A stretch of 64,000 nt of DNA from an uncultured Solirubrobacterales bacterium (GCA_963846515.1 CAWJWC010000004.1:14587-78586); one strand, 5' to 3'. Numbered from the stretch's first letter, positions 32,971 to 45,267 are shown. A program made the numbers and translations. The notes: generated by a model from the sequence alone, not told the origin.

Positions 32971-34200
32971 GTGGCGGTTGACTTCACCCTGACCGACGAA
33001 CAGAAGGATCTGCGCGAGCTCGCCCACAGCTTCGCCGAGAAAGAGATGCGCCCAGTCGCCTGGGAGTACGACGTGGATGGCACCTGGCCCCAGGACATCA
33101 TCGACAAGGCCTGGGAGGTCGGGTTGATGAACACCCACGTGCCCGAGGCCTACGGCGGTCCCGGGCTCGATTACCTCTCCGGCTGCCTGATCGAGGAGGA
33201 GGTCGGCTGGGGCTGCTCCGGAATCGGCACCTCGCTGATGGCCAACGGTTTGGCCTCGGCCCCGATCACGCTCGGCGGCTCCGAGGAGACGAAAAAGAAG
33301 TACCTGGGGATGCTCACCGAAGGCCCCAAGCTCGCTTCCTTCGGCCTCACCGAGCCGGACGCCGGCTCCGACGTCTCGGGGATGAAGACCCGCGCCGTTA
33401 AGAAGGGCGACAAGTACGTGATCAGCGGCTCCAAGTGCTTCATCACCAACGGCACCTACGCCGACTACTTCACCGTCTTCGCCAAGACCGACCCCGAGGC
33501 CGGTCACCGCGGGATCAGCGCCTTCGTCGTCGACGCCGACCTCCCCGGGGTCAGCGTCGACAAGAAGGAGGACAAGATGGGCCAGCGGGCTTCCAACACC
33601 GCGACCATCTCCTTCGACGAAGTCGAGATCCCGGCCGAGAACCTCCTGGCCGAGGAAAACAAGGGCTTCAAACTGGCGATGATGACCCTCGACCGGACCC
33701 GCCCCGGCGTCTCGGCGATGGCCGTCGGTATCGCCCGCGCGGCGCTCGAGTACGCGACCGAGTACTCGAAGGAAAGGGTCCAGTTCGGCGTGCCGATCGC
33801 GATGCACCAGGCGATCCAGTTCATGATCGCCGACATGGCGACCAAGGTCGAGGCCGGCCGCCTGCTGGTCTGGAGTTCCGCCTTCCTGCTCGACCAGGGC
33901 GTACGCAACAGCAAGGTCTCCTCGATGGCGAAGCGCTTCGCCGCCGACTCGGCGATGGAGGTCACTACCGACGCCGTCCAGGTCTACGGCGGCTACGGCT
34001 TCATCAAGGAGTACCCGGTCGAGAAACTGATGCGCGACGCGAAGATCATGCAGCTCTACGAGGGCACCAGCCAGATCCAGCGTCTGGTCATCGCCAAAGA
34101 AGTGCTGCTGCCACGCCAGGCCGCCGACGCCCCAGCGCCGGACGCCAAGGCGCAGGAGTCCGAGCAGAGTCAGTCCGAGCAGGCAGCCGCTACGGTCTGA
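32971..34200 (+). CDS. acyl-CoA dehydrogenase
   Basis: GTG 8 nt after AAAGGAG. Motifs FGLTEPDAGSDVSGMKTRA, ITNG and YEGTSQIQRLVIAKE. Has an about 30-aa Ala/Gln/Glu-rich C-terminal tail. Confidence 0.9.
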   Translation: MAVDFTLTDEQKDLRELAHSFAEKEMRPVAWEYDVDGTWPQDIIDKAWEVGLMNTHVPEAYGGPGLDYLSGCLIEEEVGWGCSGIGTSLMANGLASAPITLGGSEETKKKYLGMLTEGPKLASFGLTEPDAGSDVSGMKTRAVKKGDKYVISGSKCFITNGTYADYFTVFAKTDPEAGHRGISAFVVDADLPGVSVDKKEDKMGQRASNTATISFDEVEIPAENLLAEENKGFKLAMMTLDRTRPGVSAMAVGIARAALEYATEYSKERVQFGVPIAMHQAIQFMIADMATKVEAGRLLVWSSAFLLDQGVRNSKVSSMAKRFAADSAMEVTTDAVQVYGGYGFIKEYPVEKLMRDAKIMQLYEGTSQIQRLVIAKEVLLPRQAADAPAPDAKAQESEQSQSEQAAATV

Positions 34201-34203
34201 GCC

Positions 34204-35580
34204 ATGAACGTCTCCGAGCGCGTCGCCACCGGTAAGGCGGCGCGCTCGGCTTCTCCTCGCTCTGGGCACGCCGGCTGGGGGCCGGGGGAGGACCTCGAGG
34301 ATCCCGTTGCGATCCTCGAGGGCCAGGCCGCGACCCGCGTCACGGAGCTGGTCCCGATCCGCTACGGGCGGATGGCTGCCTCGCCCTTCGCCTTCTACCG
34401 CGGCTCCGCCGCGGTGATGGCCGCGGACCTCGCGACGACCCCGATCTCGGGCCTGTCGGTGCAGGCCTGCGGCGACGCCCACCTCTCCAACTTCGGCGCC
34501 TTCGCCGCGCCCGACCGCCGCCTCGTCTTCGACCTCAACGACTTCGACGAGTCGCTGCCGGCGCCATGGGAGTGGGATGTGAAGCGGCTCGCCAGCTTCG
34601 CGATTGCCGGCCGCGAAAACGGTCTGAGGCGCAAGCAGCGGGCGGCGGCGCTGCTGACCGCTGGGCGCAGCTACCGCGATGCGATGCGCAGCTTTGCCTC
34701 GCAGCGCAATCTCGAGGTCTGGTACGCGCGGCTCGACATCGAGGCGGCGCTGGCTGAGATCGAGGACGAGGCTCCCGAGGAGGAGGTGAAGCGGGTCCGC
34801 AAGGGGGTCGCGAAAGCGCGCTCGAAGGACAGCTTGCGGGCGCTCGAAAGGCTTACCGAAGAGGTCGACGGCGAGCTGCGCTTCGTCAGCCGCCCGCCGT
34901 TGATCGTCCCGGCCGAGGAGCTGTTGGCGGCGGGGGAGGCCCGCGATCTGCAGGAGACGCTCTCGGGGGTGCTCGCCGCCTACCGCGAGACCCTGCCCGG
35001 CGATCGCCAGCACCTGCTCGACGGCTACCGCCTGCGCCACATCGCCCGCAAAGTCGTCGGGGTTGGCAGCGTCGGCACCCGCGCTTGGGTGATCCTGCTG
35101 ACCGGCAACGACGACGCCGACCCCCTCTTCCTGCAGGCGAAGGAGGCTGAGGCCTCGGTGCTCGAGCCCTACGCCGGCCCCAGCCGTTTCCGCAACCACG
35201 GCCGGCGCGTGGTCGAAGGCCAGCGGCTGATGCAGGCGGCGAGCGACATCTTCCTCGGCTGGTGCCCGGCGGTCGGGCTCGATGGCCGCTCCCGCGACTT
35301 CTACGTGCGTCAGCTCTGGGACTGGAAGCGCTCCGCCGAGGTCGAGCGCCTCAGCCCGCGCGGGCTCGAGGTCTACGCGCGCGTCTGCGGCTGGACCCTG
35401 GCCCGCGCACACGCTCGCTCCGGCGACCGCGTCGCGATCGCCGCCTACCTCGGCTCCGGCGATTCCTTCGACCAGGCGATCGCCAGCTTCGCCGAGGCCT
35501 ACGCCGACCAGGCCGAACGTGACCACGAGGCACTGGTCGCGGCAATCGACTCAGGGCGGATCGAGGCCGAAGAGATCTGA
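34204..35580 (+). CDS. DUF2252 domain-containing protein
   Basis: PIRYGRMAASPFAFYRGSAAVMAADL...GDAHLSNFGAFAAPDRRLVFDLNDFDE matches the DUF2252 family as I recall it. Confidence 0.8.
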   Translation: MNVSERVATGKAARSASPRSGHAGWGPGEDLEDPVAILEGQAATRVTELVPIRYGRMAASPFAFYRGSAAVMAADLATTPISGLSVQACGDAHLSNFGAFAAPDRRLVFDLNDFDESLPAPWEWDVKRLASFAIAGRENGLRRKQRAAALLTAGRSYRDAMRSFASQRNLEVWYARLDIEAALAEIEDEAPEEEVKRVRKGVAKARSKDSLRALERLTEEVDGELRFVSRPPLIVPAEELLAAGEARDLQETLSGVLAAYRETLPGDRQHLLDGYRLRHIARKVVGVGSVGTRAWVILLTGNDDADPLFLQAKEAEASVLEPYAGPSRFRNHGRRVVEGQRLMQAASDIFLGWCPAVGLDGRSRDFYVRQLWDWKRSAEVERLSPRGLEVYARVCGWTLARAHARSGDRVAIAAYLGSGDSFDQAIASFAEAYADQAERDHEALVAAIDSGRIEAEEI

Positions 35581-35591
35581 GCCCAACCGGC

Positions 35592-37202
35592 TCAGGCGGG
35601 CGCCGGCGGCGGCGCGGGCGCAGGCTGCAACTGGTCGAAACGCCGGGTCGGCAACCGTCGCGTCGCGAAGAAGGAGGCCAGGCTGAGCAGGGCGGCGCAG
35701 AGGAAAGCCGTCTTCAGGGCCGCGAGCTGGGCGTCTTCGTAGTCGGTGACCACCTTGGTGACGCTCTCGGGCTCGACGCCGAGAGCCTCGGCGCTCGCCT
35801 CGACCTGATCGGCGGCGACGAAGCTCGCGCCGGCGGCGATTTTCACCTGCGCCTGTTCCCTGACCTCGTTTGAGAGTTGCCGGTTGTTGGCGATGCTGGT
35901 CGAGAAAGAGGAGACGAGCCCGGTGATGACGATTGCCCCGAGCAGGGCGGTGCCGAGCGAGGAGCCGAGCTGCTGGGCGGTGTTCTGCAGGCCGCCGGCT
36001 TCGCTGCGGTCGGGGTCGCCGATGGCGGACTGAACGACGTTCCCGAGCTGGGAGACGATCAGGCCCATGCCGACGCCGAGCACTCCCATTGCGGTCAGAA
36101 AGGAGCCGTTGTCCAGCGCCGGCTCAACCGTGTCCAACAGCAGCAGGGTCGCGACGAAGGTGACGGCGAGACCGGCCCGCACCAGCGTCCGCGCCGCGAA
36201 CCGTTTCGAGAGCGCCGAGCCGGCGAGGGCGGTGACGAACAGCCCGATCGACGCCGGCAGCATCCGGACGCCGGTTTCGAGCGCGTCGAGGCCGTGGACG
36301 ATCTGGAGGAAGAGCGGCACCGTGAAGAAGACCCCCATCAGGATCAGGTTCTGGGCGAGCAGCATCGCGACGCCGCCGCGCAGGCGGGGGATGCTCAGCA
36401 AGCGCAGACGGATCAGCGGTTCCTCGCCGCGAGACTCGCGGCGGCGCTCCCAGCTGCTGAAGGCGGCCAGCAGCAGCGCTCCTGCGGCGATCACGAACGG
36501 GGTCAGCGAGAAACCGAACGGCTCGATCGGGGAGCTGCGCGGCTGCAGCCATCCCCAGTTGCTCGCCTGGATCACCCCGAAGACCATCGTCCCCAGTCCG
36601 AGCGCGGAGAGCATCGCCCCAACCCAGTCGAGGCCCGACGCGCTGGGACGGGTGGGCTCCTTGACCAGCCTCAGGCCGAGCAGGATCCCCGCCGCGACCA
36701 CGACCTCTCCGACGAAGACCACGCGCCAGGTCAGCTCGGTGGTGGCCCAGCCCCCGAGGATCGGCCCGACGGCGATGCCGGCGCCGGCGACGCCGCCGAG
36801 CACGCCGTAGGCCAGCGCCCGCTCCTGCCCCTGGAAGTTGCCCGCCACCAGGGCGACCATCGCCGGCAGCACCAAGGCGGCGCCGATGCCCTCGAGGATC
36901 GACCAGCCGAAGGTCAGCGACGGCACGCTCCAGGAGGCCGCGGTCAGGGCCGAGCCGGCGGCGTATATGCAGAGGCCGATCCCAAACGCGCGCCGCCGGC
37001 CGATCAGGTCGCCGAGCTTGCCCCCGGTCAGCATCAGCCCCGCCATCACCAGCGCGTAGAGGGCGATCACCGCCTGGATCGTGGTCACGGTGGTGTCGAA
37101 GTCGGCGACCAGCTGGGAGATCGCCACGTTCATCACCGCCTGGTCGAGGACCATCAGGAACTGGGCCGCGGCCAGGACGGCCAGCACTCCCCATTTCGCC
37201 AT
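35592..37202 (-). CDS. MFS transporter, DHA2 (EmrB/QacA) 14-TMS type
   Basis: ATG at 37202. Motifs LDQAVMNVAISQL and GKLGDLIGRRRAF (motif A). About 14 hydrophobic segments. Confidence 0.9.
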   Translation of the reverse strand: MAKWGVLAVLAAAQFLMVLDQAVMNVAISQLVADFDTTVTTIQAVIALYALVMAGLMLTGGKLGDLIGRRRAFGIGLCIYAAGSALTAASWSVPSLTFGWSILEGIGAALVLPAMVALVAGNFQGQERALAYGVLGGVAGAGIAVGPILGGWATTELTWRVVFVGEVVVAAGILLGLRLVKEPTRPSASGLDWVGAMLSALGLGTMVFGVIQASNWGWLQPRSSPIEPFGFSLTPFVIAAGALLLAAFSSWERRRESRGEEPLIRLRLLSIPRLRGGVAMLLAQNLILMGVFFTVPLFLQIVHGLDALETGVRMLPASIGLFVTALAGSALSKRFAARTLVRAGLAVTFVATLLLLDTVEPALDNGSFLTAMGVLGVGMGLIVSQLGNVVQSAIGDPDRSEAGGLQNTAQQLGSSLGTALLGAIVITGLVSSFSTSIANNRQLSNEVREQAQVKIAAGASFVAADQVEASAEALGVEPESVTKVVTDYEDAQLAALKTAFLCAALLSLASFFATRRLPTRRFDQLQPAPAPPPAPA

Positions 37203-37298
37203 GGCCCGGCACAGTAACCGTCGCGCCGGAGCGCGAGTCGCCAGCGTCAAGCTTGCCGCGGGGGGAGAGATAAGGGTGCGGCAGTCATTACAACCGCT

Positions 37299-38237
37299 AT
37301 GCGGAAGAAAAGACTGCCGCACTCACATCAGGCTCTTGCCGAGATGGCGAAACGGCAGCACGGTGTTGTCTCTATTCGGCAACTGCTCGGTCCACTTGGC
37401 TATTCGCAGACCGCGGTGGCTCGAGCGACGAGGGATGGACGCTTGCACCGCCTTCACAGGGGCGTTTACGCAGTTGGCCATATTGGACTCTCGGTTCACG
37501 GGAAATGCCTCGCCGCGGTTCTCGCCTGCGGCCCCGACGCCTTGCTCAGCCACTATTCGGCGGCATGGCTTTGGGGCCTCACAAGAACTTCGCCGATCCC
37601 GGTGCACGTCACCACGCCGATCCCTCGCAAGGCGCATCCCCCGATTCGAATCCACCACTCGCGAGTGCTGAAGCCTGAAGATCGTGGCCTCGAGGGGATG
37701 ATTCCCGTCACAGCCGTGCCGCGAACACTCCTCGACTCGGCCGCGACACAACCCTTCACTCGCCTTCAGTGGATGCTCGAGCGCAGTGAAGAGCTCCAGC
37801 TATTCGATCTCGGACCGGTCGAGTCATTACTCGATCGCACCCACGGTCACCATGGCTGGGGACGGCTTCGGCGAGCGATTGCGCTTTACCAGCCGGTTCC
37901 GTTCACGCGGTCCCAGTTCGAGCTCGCGTTTTTCGAAGCGGTCGTGCGAGCTGGGTTGCCACGCCCGGCCACCAACTTCGTCGAGGCCGGCTTCGAGCTG
38001 GATGTGTACTGGCCCGAGTGCCGGTTCGCGGTCGAACTCGACACCTACGGAACCCATGGAACGCATGGCGCCTTTGAGCGCGACCGCCTCAGGCATGAGG
38101 ACCTAAAGCTGGCTGGGATCGAGATGATTCGCGTGACCGACGTCCGCTTCCAGCGCGAACCGCGCGCGGTGCTGGCAAGGGTCCGTCGTCTACTCGAGGA
38201 TCGGCGCGAGGAGATGCGGGTGCGGGTGAGCCGCTGA
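37299..38237 (+). CDS. DUF559 (Vsr-like endonuclease fold) protein with AbiEi_4-like N-terminal wHTH domain
   Basis: The N-terminus QHGVVSIRQLLGPLGYSQTAVARATRDGRLHRLHRGVYAVG matches the AbiEi-type domain. The C-terminus ELDVYWPECRFAVELDTYGTHGTHGAFERDRLRHEDLKLAGIEMIRV matches DUF559. G+C is visibly lower than in the flanks. Confidence 0.8.
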   Translation: MRKKRLPHSHQALAEMAKRQHGVVSIRQLLGPLGYSQTAVARATRDGRLHRLHRGVYAVGHIGLSVHGKCLAAVLACGPDALLSHYSAAWLWGLTRTSPIPVHVTTPIPRKAHPPIRIHHSRVLKPEDRGLEGMIPVTAVPRTLLDSAATQPFTRLQWMLERSEELQLFDLGPVESLLDRTHGHHGWGRLRRAIALYQPVPFTRSQFELAFFEAVVRAGLPRPATNFVEAGFELDVYWPECRFAVELDTYGTHGTHGAFERDRLRHEDLKLAGIEMIRVTDVRFQREPRAVLARVRRLLEDRREEMRVRVSR

Positions 38238-38257
38238 GCCGGCTCTCGCGGATCTGG

Positions 38258-40099
<1,842 letters not shown>

Positions 40100-40130
40100 C
40101 GGGATGAGAGGGTAGGGAAGGTGTCCTTGC

Positions 40131-40160
40131 AAAACGAAGCCCGCCAGGAGGCGGGCTTCG
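40131..40160 (-). terminator. intrinsic terminator downstream of csp
   Basis: On the minus strand: CGAAGCCCGCC-TCCT-GGCGGGCTTCG followed by TTTTG, 27 nt after the csp stop. Confidence 0.75.
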
Positions 40161-40186
40161 CAGACTGGTTTAAATGTGGTTCTTCG

Positions 40187-40393
40187 CTACGAAGTCTGCT
40201 GGACGCTCGCGGCGGCCGGGCCCTTCGGGCCTTCCTCGGACTCGTAACTCACTTTGGCGCCCTCGGTCAGGGACTTGAAGCCCTCGCCGAGGATGGCGCT
40301 GTGATGAACGAAGACGTCCTTCGAGCCGTCGTCGGGCGTAATGAACCCGTAGCCCTTGTCGTCGCTGAACCACTTAACAGTTCCGGTCGGCAT
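40187..40393 (-). CDS. cspA: cold-shock protein (CspA family)
   Basis: [34 protein letters not shown] carries the RNP1 and RNP2 motifs. 68 aa. A long upstream spacer of about 200 nt is typical of csp leaders. Confidence 0.95.
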   Translation of the reverse strand: MPTGTVKWFSDDKGYGFITPDDGSKDVFVHHSAILGEGFKSLTEGAKVSYESEEGPKGPAAASVQQTS

Positions 40394-40589
40394 GCATTGC
40401 CTCCACTTTGTGTGCTGCGAACGCGGAGGATGCGGTGAAGCAACGACGCGAGCGCTACGCACGAACTTTGCCGGTATCAACCGGCCCTAACGCAGGGGAC
40501 CGTAGCAGGATCGCCGGGCCCGATTGCGCTCGGAATACGGTCTGATCGTGTTTCAAGGAATACCTAGCCGTGTCGATACCTCGCATCAG

Positions 40590-43058
40590 ATGATCGTCGG
40601 GTTCGGTTCGCGCCGCCCTCAGGCACGACGCACGTTCGTCGCGATCGCGGCTGCCTGCGCGCTGGCGCCGGGCTCGGCCGCGGCGATGTCCGCACCCGAG
40701 CAGGCCCCGAACCTCTCGCCGCGATTGGCGGAGTTGGCGCAGCCGGGACTGCGCGCGGCGTCGCCGGCCCGCCAGGCGGCCCGCCTCGCCCTCGCCCCGA
40801 GCGGTCCCGGCAGCCTCCTGCGCGACGGCGACCGGGTCCTTCTCGACGTTCGCTTCGGCCGCGGCGGGGTCGGTGTCAACGCGCTGCGAGCCGCCGGGGC
40901 GGAGATCGTCCACGTGGCTCGTCGCTACCGCACCGCGACCGTCGCCGTGCGGCCCGCGAACCTGCCGGCGCTCGGCAAGCTCGCCGGCGTCGCCGGCGTG
41001 ACCGAGGTGCTTGCCCCGGTCGCGCGCGGGGCCGACTGCGGCGGCAGCTTCCGGTCCGAGGGCGACGTGCAGCTGCGCGCTGCCGACGCCCGTGCCGGCT
41101 TCGCGCTCGACGGCAGCGGCGTCACCGTCGGCATCCTCTCCGACTCCTTCGACCGCGATTCGACCGCGGCGACCCACGCCGGTGGCGACGTGGCCAGCGG
41201 CGACCTTCCGGGGCTCGGCAGCCCCTGCGGCTCGAGCGCCCCGGTCAGCGTCCTCGACGACTCCGCCCCCACCGTCTTCGGGCCGCTCTCCGACGAGGGC
41301 CGGGCGATGGCACAGATCGTCCACGACCTCGCGCCCGGCGCCGACCTCAGCTTCGCCACCGCCTTCACCGGCGAACTAGCCTTCGCCGCCAACATCCGCG
41401 CCCTCGCCGCGGCGGGGGCCGAGGTGATCGTCGACGACGTCTCCTACTTCCAGGAGCCGTTCTTCCAGGACGGGCCGGTCGCGGTCGCCGTCGACGAAGT
41501 AGCGGCATCCGGCGTCTCCTATTTCTCGGCGGCCGGCAACGACAACCTGATCGACGCCGAAGGTCGCGACATCGCCTCCTGGGAAGCGCCCGCCTTCCGC
41601 AACTCCGGCGCCTGCCCGGCGGCGATCGTCGAACTCTCGGAAGCGCGGGAAGAAGAAGAAATCGAAGAAGCCGAAGAAGAAAGCGAAACGCCGGACCCGG
41701 TCGGGCTCCACCCCGAAAACTGCATGGACTTCGATCCGGCCGCGACGACGGACGAAACCTTCGGGATCGTGGTCGAAGCCGGCGAGGAGCTGACGGTGGA
41801 TCTGCAGTGGGCGGAGCCGTGGAACGGGGTTGACACCGACTTCGACGCCTTCCTGCTCGACGACGAAGGCAAACTCCTTCCCGGCTTTCCCTTCGGCGGG
41901 GCCAAAGACAACGTCGGCGTCACCCAGCGGCCCTTCGAGTTCCTGACCTGGGAGAACGAAGGCCCCGAACGGGAAGTCCGGCTCGTGGTCAACCGCTTCA
42001 GCGGCGCGGAACCGCGGCTCAAGGTGGGCCTGCTCGAGAACGGACGCGGGGTCAGCGCGACCGAGTTCCCGGAATCGCTGGAAGGCGACGTCGTCGGCCC
42101 GACCGTGTTCGGCCACGCCGCCGCGGGCGGCGCGATCGCCGCTGCTGCCGTCCGCTACAACGACGCGACGAAACCGGAGGCCTTCTCCTCGCGCGGTCCG
42201 GTCAAGCACTACTTCGGTCCCGTCGCCGGCGCCGGCGCCGCGGCGCCGACCGTGGAGCAGGCGATCGCCAAGCCGGACCTGGCTGCGACCGACGCCGGCG
42301 CCAACACCTTCTTCGGCCGCTTCCTCGCCGGGACCTGGCGCTTCTTCGGCACTTCATCGGCGGCGCCGCACGCGGCGGCTGTCGCCGCGCTGATCCACCA
42401 GGCCAACCCCGCCGCCGGCCCGGCCCAGATCCGCGCCGCGCTGAGCACGACGGCGGATCCGATCGGTGCCTTCGGCCCGACCGCGGTCGGTGCCGGCCTC
42501 GTCGATGCCTTTGGCGCGGTCGCGGCGCTGGCGCTGGCGCCGACCGTCGCGATCACGAAAGCGCCGGAGCCGCTCAGCCGCAACCGCCTGCCGGCGATCG
42601 AGTTCAGCGCCAACCGGCCCGTCGCCTTCGGCTGTCAGGTCGACGGCGGCACTCCACAGCCCTGCGCCTCGCCCTTCGTCGTCCCGGCGCCGCTCGCTGA
42701 CGGGGTCCACGGGATCGCGGTCAGTGGCGTCGACCTCGCCGGCCGCAGCGCCAGCAGCGGCAGCGCCTTCTTCGAGATCGACACCACCGCTCCGCGCACC
42801 ACGATCGCCAGGCACCCGCCGAAGCTGATCCGCACCGAGCGCCGCCGCGTCCGCGGCGTCTTCCGCTTTCGCTCCAACGAGGCCGACGTGGCCTTCGCCT
42901 GCAAAGTCGACCGCGGCCTGCTGCGTTTCTGCGGCAGTCGGATCTCGCGCCGCTTTGGCGCTGGCAAGCACGTGGTCCAGGTCCGCGCTCACGACCGCGC
43001 CGGTAACGTCGACCCCACGCCCGCCGTCTTCCGCTTCCGCGTCGAGCGGACTGGCTGA
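40590..43058 (+). CDS. secreted subtilisin-like serine protease (peptidase S8) with two C-terminal Ig-like repeats
   Basis: Signal peptide FVAIAAACALAPGSAAA. Catalytic context VTVGILSDSFD (Asp) and GTSSAAPHAAAVAALIH (Ser). The C-terminal unit C-x-VDGG...C...H/V...D.AGN...F.. occurs twice. Confidence 0.85.
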   Translation: MIVGFGSRRPQARRTFVAIAAACALAPGSAAAMSAPEQAPNLSPRLAELAQPGLRAASPARQAARLALAPSGPGSLLRDGDRVLLDVRFGRGGVGVNALRAAGAEIVHVARRYRTATVAVRPANLPALGKLAGVAGVTEVLAPVARGADCGGSFRSEGDVQLRAADARAGFALDGSGVTVGILSDSFDRDSTAATHAGGDVASGDLPGLGSPCGSSAPVSVLDDSAPTVFGPLSDEGRAMAQIVHDLAPGADLSFATAFTGELAFAANIRALAAAGAEVIVDDVSYFQEPFFQDGPVAVAVDEVAASGVSYFSAAGNDNLIDAEGRDIASWEAPAFRNSGACPAAIVELSEAREEEEIEEAEEESETPDPVGLHPENCMDFDPAATTDETFGIVVEAGEELTVDLQWAEPWNGVDTDFDAFLLDDEGKLLPGFPFGGAKDNVGVTQRPFEFLTWENEGPEREVRLVVNRFSGAEPRLKVGLLENGRGVSATEFPESLEGDVVGPTVFGHAAAGGAIAAAAVRYNDATKPEAFSSRGPVKHYFGPVAGAGAAAPTVEQAIAKPDLAATDAGANTFFGRFLAGTWRFFGTSSAAPHAAAVAALIHQANPAAGPAQIRAALSTTADPIGAFGPTAVGAGLVDAFGAVAALALAPTVAITKAPEPLSRNRLPAIEFSANRPVAFGCQVDGGTPQPCASPFVVPAPLADGVHGIAVSGVDLAGRSASSGSAFFEIDTTAPRTTIARHPPKLIRTERRRVRGVFRFRSNEADVAFACKVDRGLLRFCGSRISRRFGAGKHVVQVRAHDRAGNVDPTPAVFRFRVERTG

Positions 43059-43079
43059 GCCGCAGCTCCCGGCCCCGGC

Positions 43080-45203
43080 TCAGGCGCGCAGCCGGTCGGC
43101 CAGGCCGGAGTGGCGGCCGCCGCCCTCGTCGCGCCGCACCGCCGTCGCCAGCGTCGCCGGGTCGCCGACCAGGACGCAGCTCTGGCGGGCGCGGGTGATC
43201 GCGGTGTAGAGCAGCGGCCGGGTCAGCATCCGCGCGTGCGAGCGGTGGCAGACGGCAACGACGACCGGGACCTCGCAGCCCTGTGCCTTGTGGACCGAGA
43301 TCGCGTAGGCGAGGCGTAGGGTCGCCGTCTCGTCGTAGGGGATCGGCAGCGAGCCGCCCTCGTCGGTGTCGACGCGGATCGTCTCCTCGTCCGGGTCGTC
43401 CTCGCGGAGGAAGACGATCGAGCCGTTCATCAGGCCCAGCTCGTGCGAGTTGCGGGTCTGGATCAGGCGGTCGCCGATCCGGAAGCGGTCGTTCAGGGCG
43501 CGCTTCCCGTCCGGGTTGAGCTGGTCCTGGAGGCGCTCGTTGAGGGCGTCGATCCCGACCGTGCCGCGGTACATCGGGGCCAGCACCTGGACCTCGCGGA
43601 TCGGGTCGACCGCGAACCGCTTCGGTGCCCGCTCGGCGACGACCTCGACCACCGTCTCCAGCGCCCGCTCGGGGTTCGCTCGGTCGATGAAGAAGAAGTC
43701 ATGGTCCTGGTCCTGCTCCGGCTGCAGGTGCGGGGACCGGCCCTGGTTGATCTCGTGGGCCGCGGTCGTGATCATCGAGCGCGCCGCCTGGCGGAAGATC
43801 TGGGTGAGCCGCACGACCGGCGCCGCTCCGGAGGCGATCAGGTCCTCGAAAGGCTTGCCGGCGCCGATTGGCGGCAGCTGGTCGGCGTCGCCGACGAAGA
43901 CCACGTGGGTCGTCTCGGCGAGGCCGGCGAGGAGGATCTCGGCGAGGCGCAGGTTCAGCATCGAGGACTCGTCGACGATCACCAGGTCGGCCGGCAGCGG
44001 CCGGCCCGGCTTGTAGGCGGGCTCGCGTCCGGGCATCCACTCGAGCAGCCGGTGGATCGTCTGCGCTTCGTGCCCGGTCGTCTCCTCGAGCCGGCGGGCG
44101 GCGCGGCCGGTCGGGGCGCAGAGGGCGATCGTCGCGTTGGCCGCTTTCGCCTCGGCGACGATCTCCCTGGTGCAGACGGTCTTGCCGACGCCGGGGCCGC
44201 CGGTGAGGACGGAGACGCGGGCGGCAAAGGCGCCGCGCACCGCCGCCCACTGCTCGTCGGTGAGCCGCTCGCGCGGGCTCTCCCCGGGGTCATGGTCGAG
44301 ATGGGGTGGGGCGGCGGTACGGGCGAGCAGGGTCGCGGCGACGGCGAGCTCGCTGGCGTGGGTCAGCTCGCGGTAGACCCGGCCCTCGTCGACCAGCAGG
44401 CCCGGCGCCTCGCTCAGCACGTCGGGATCGGGCGCGAGCCCGATCAGCCGTGCCGTGCGCCGGGTCAGCTCGTCCAGAGGCAGGTAGCTGTTGCCCTGCT
44501 GCTCCGCTTCGACGAGGGCGAAGACCGCGGCGGCCTGGGCGCGCCGGGTCGACTCGGGCGGGACGTCGGTGGCGAGGGCGATCTTGTCGGCGCGGGCGAA
44601 GCCGACCCCGTCGACCTCGGTCAGACGGTAGGGGTCCTCGTGCAGGATGGCCATCGAGTGCTCGCCGAAGCGGGCGTGGATCGGCGCCGCCAGGTGCGCC
44701 AGCCCGTGCGGGGCGAGCTGGACGTGGAGGTCGCGCACGGCGCGGCTCGCGTGCCACGACTCGGCTGCCGCTGCGGCCTGGCCTTCGCTGACTCCCCGCA
44801 GCGCTGCGAAGACACCGTGCGGATCGGCGGCGATCGCCTGCAGCACGTGCTCGCCGTGCTCGTCGACCAGCCGCTCCGCCCGCGCCGGCCCGATGTGGCG
44901 CAGCGAGGTCAGGTAGGCGACCTGGCCCTCGCGGTCGGCTGGGTCGAGTGGCAGCGCGCCCTGCGCCCGCAGCTGCCGCCCGTAGCGGCTGTGGGTCTGC
45001 CAGTCGCCGCTCACTTCGGCCCGGTCGCCGGCGCCGAGGTGGGCGACCGGGCCGACCAGCGCGAACCCCTCGCCGGAGTCGGCGTCCTGGACCTCGAGCA
45101 CCGCGTAGCCGTCGTCCTCGGCGCAGAAGATCACGCCGAGCACCTCGACCGTGCCGGTGTAGGCGGCCGCGTCGGCGTCGAAGAGGGTCGCGCTGCCGTT
45201 CAC
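43080..45203 (-). CDS. recD2: SF1B DNA helicase RecD2 (RecD-like, stand-alone)
   Basis: Walker A LTGGPGVGKT, VIVDESSMLN, VFVGDADQLPPIG, and C-terminal AISVHKAQGCEVPVV...LLYTAITRAR. Confidence 0.9.
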   Translation of the reverse strand: MNGSATLFDADAAAYTGTVEVLGVIFCAEDDGYAVLEVQDADSGEGFALVGPVAHLGAGDRAEVSGDWQTHSRYGRQLRAQGALPLDPADREGQVAYLTSLRHIGPARAERLVDEHGEHVLQAIAADPHGVFAALRGVSEGQAAAAAESWHASRAVRDLHVQLAPHGLAHLAAPIHARFGEHSMAILHEDPYRLTEVDGVGFARADKIALATDVPPESTRRAQAAAVFALVEAEQQGNSYLPLDELTRRTARLIGLAPDPDVLSEAPGLLVDEGRVYRELTHASELAVAATLLARTAAPPHLDHDPGESPRERLTDEQWAAVRGAFAARVSVLTGGPGVGKTVCTREIVAEAKAANATIALCAPTGRAARRLEETTGHEAQTIHRLLEWMPGREPAYKPGRPLPADLVIVDESSMLNLRLAEILLAGLAETTHVVFVGDADQLPPIGAGKPFEDLIASGAAPVVRLTQIFRQAARSMITTAAHEINQGRSPHLQPEQDQDHDFFFIDRANPERALETVVEVVAERAPKRFAVDPIREVQVLAPMYRGTVGIDALNERLQDQLNPDGKRALNDRFRIGDRLIQTRNSHELGLMNGSIVFLREDDPDEETIRVDTDEGGSLPIPYDETATLRLAYAISVHKAQGCEVPVVVAVCHRSHARMLTRPLLYTAITRARQSCVLVGDPATLATAVRRDEGGGRHSGLADRLRA

Positions 45204-45267
45204 AGGCCAAAGCTAGCCCGATGCGAGGCGGGAGTCGCGGCAGCCAAGCCGCAAATAGCATTGAGAT

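Noticed and set aside
43080-45203. RecD-like helicase as a defence or mobile-element helicase.
   Set aside because: The domain order and motifs match housekeeping RecD2. It is flanked by ordinary metabolic and secreted-protein genes, with no nuclease or methylase partner.
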